Shown in pieces: positions 62,807 to 64,000 of a stretch of DNA of 64,000 nucleotides (position 1 is its first letter; every line of letters begins with the position of its first letter). The notes under the pieces are model-generated. The model saw only the letters and a list, made by a program, of their open reading frames with translations. It was not told the origin of the DNA and did no database searches. The position numbers and the translations under genes are program-made. The DNA comes from Octopus bimaculoides (lineage: Eukaryota): assembly GCF_001194135.2 (NCBI RefSeq), contig NC_068990.1:5353768-5417767 (forward strand), in the 5' to 3' direction.

Positions 62807-64000
62807 TATAGAACTGTATTTATTGAATTATCTAACCCGATTCCTTCTAGAAATAAATTCAATCAATAAGAAACGGGTTATACGCAGTTATATATTTTAA
62901 GAAGTGTGACATGGTGAATATATGAGAGAATTAATTACAAAAAACTAAAACAACGACTAAGGAATAATAACTATTGCATCGACCATATATGGCATGGGTG
63001 AAGGTACATAGCGTTGTGATCAAGGGATTCAGTTGCTGAACCGGGAAATATGTTGTCTTAGAGAAAGGCATTTCATTTCATGTTATTCCAGTCTATTGAA
63101 CTGTAATGAGCTCCAGCTGGGTGCTTTGGCACTCCTTCTTCCTCCAGATGTTCCGCTGGGTCAAGGGTGCAGGTGCCAGAAGGGCTTCTATGTCAGCTCG
63201 TGACTACTACGGCACTTAAAACACGTTTTAGTGAAAACATAGCACATGATACCAAACGATACCCGTTCGCAAGTGACTGCCGACTGAACTTTACTTTACA
63301 TGGCTCGTAATCATAACTTGGATTGGATCCAATGGAACAAATTGAACAAAACAATTCACAACAATAAGAAAAGCTCCTACCTATTATAACAAATTAATCA
63401 TTAGATAGATATACACTTAACAACTTGCAAGGAAGAAAAATAGTTGAAATTCCTATCACAAGCAAACTGAAAATGCTGATCCGATATTGATGATATTCCT
63501 AGTTGCAAGTAAGTAGTTTATGAGACTGAAATTCTGGGGAAGAACAAGCACTGGATTCTAAGACAGATCCAAATAAATTTATTAATGATCTATGCATATT
63601 AACCTTTAGCTAAAAATAGATATCAGAATGCCTGCAGTAATTCTATACGGACACACAACTATTGAATCTTGACTGTATTGTATTTACACTTAACCGTTAG
63701 TTGTCATTGAGATGGAGGTTGTATATACAGTTGTATTGTGAGATGACGTAGTGGTCATGTTAAGGGCAATACTCCCGTATCAATGGAAAATTAAAGAACA
63801 CTGTAAGGTTGCATGTAGAACTAAATGGAGTAATAAAAGTATAGGTTAGAGAGTTCTGATAAAGAAGTTCGTTAGAGAGGGATAGGTGACGAGTACTGAT
63901 CAACAAGAACATGGAGAGACAAGTGAAGCAAACATAAGTAGGTATTATAAGATTATATATGTGGATATATTACGCCACAAACACACATACATTTATTTAA

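Overview
AT-rich, microsatellite-dense eukaryotic scaffold with five N gaps. The tRNA-derived SINE families, RTE, R4/Dong and Penelope relics look like an Octopus (cephalopod) genome; this is inferred from repeat families I recognise, not from a database search. I found no protein-coding gene, rRNA, true tRNA gene or CRISPR array that I can support. Nearly every ORF in the track comes from a simple repeat or a decayed transposon frame. The window contains dozens of SINE copies from at least four families, plus fossils of mariner (DD34D-type), rosa-type (DD41D), hAT, piggyBac-type MITEs, a Gypsy 5' end with a tRNA-Ser(GCU) primer-binding site, RTE, R4/Dong-like and two kinds of Penelope-like elements. 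Best leads: (1) an inverted pair of Penelope-type ends with minimal hammerhead-ribozyme cores at 33.1-33.7 kb; (2) several long fold-backs, one with inverted tRNA-like T-arms at its centre (59.6-59.9 kb); (3) a CpG-poor to CpG-rich switch near 56.9 kb, with independent fossil evidence of CpG methylation to its left; (4) minisatellites born inside transposons; (5) a few weak exon candidates. I see no evidence for a new multi-gene system. Repeat boundaries are approximate (tens of bp) unless a target-site duplication (TSD) or terminal inverted repeat (TIR) is quoted.
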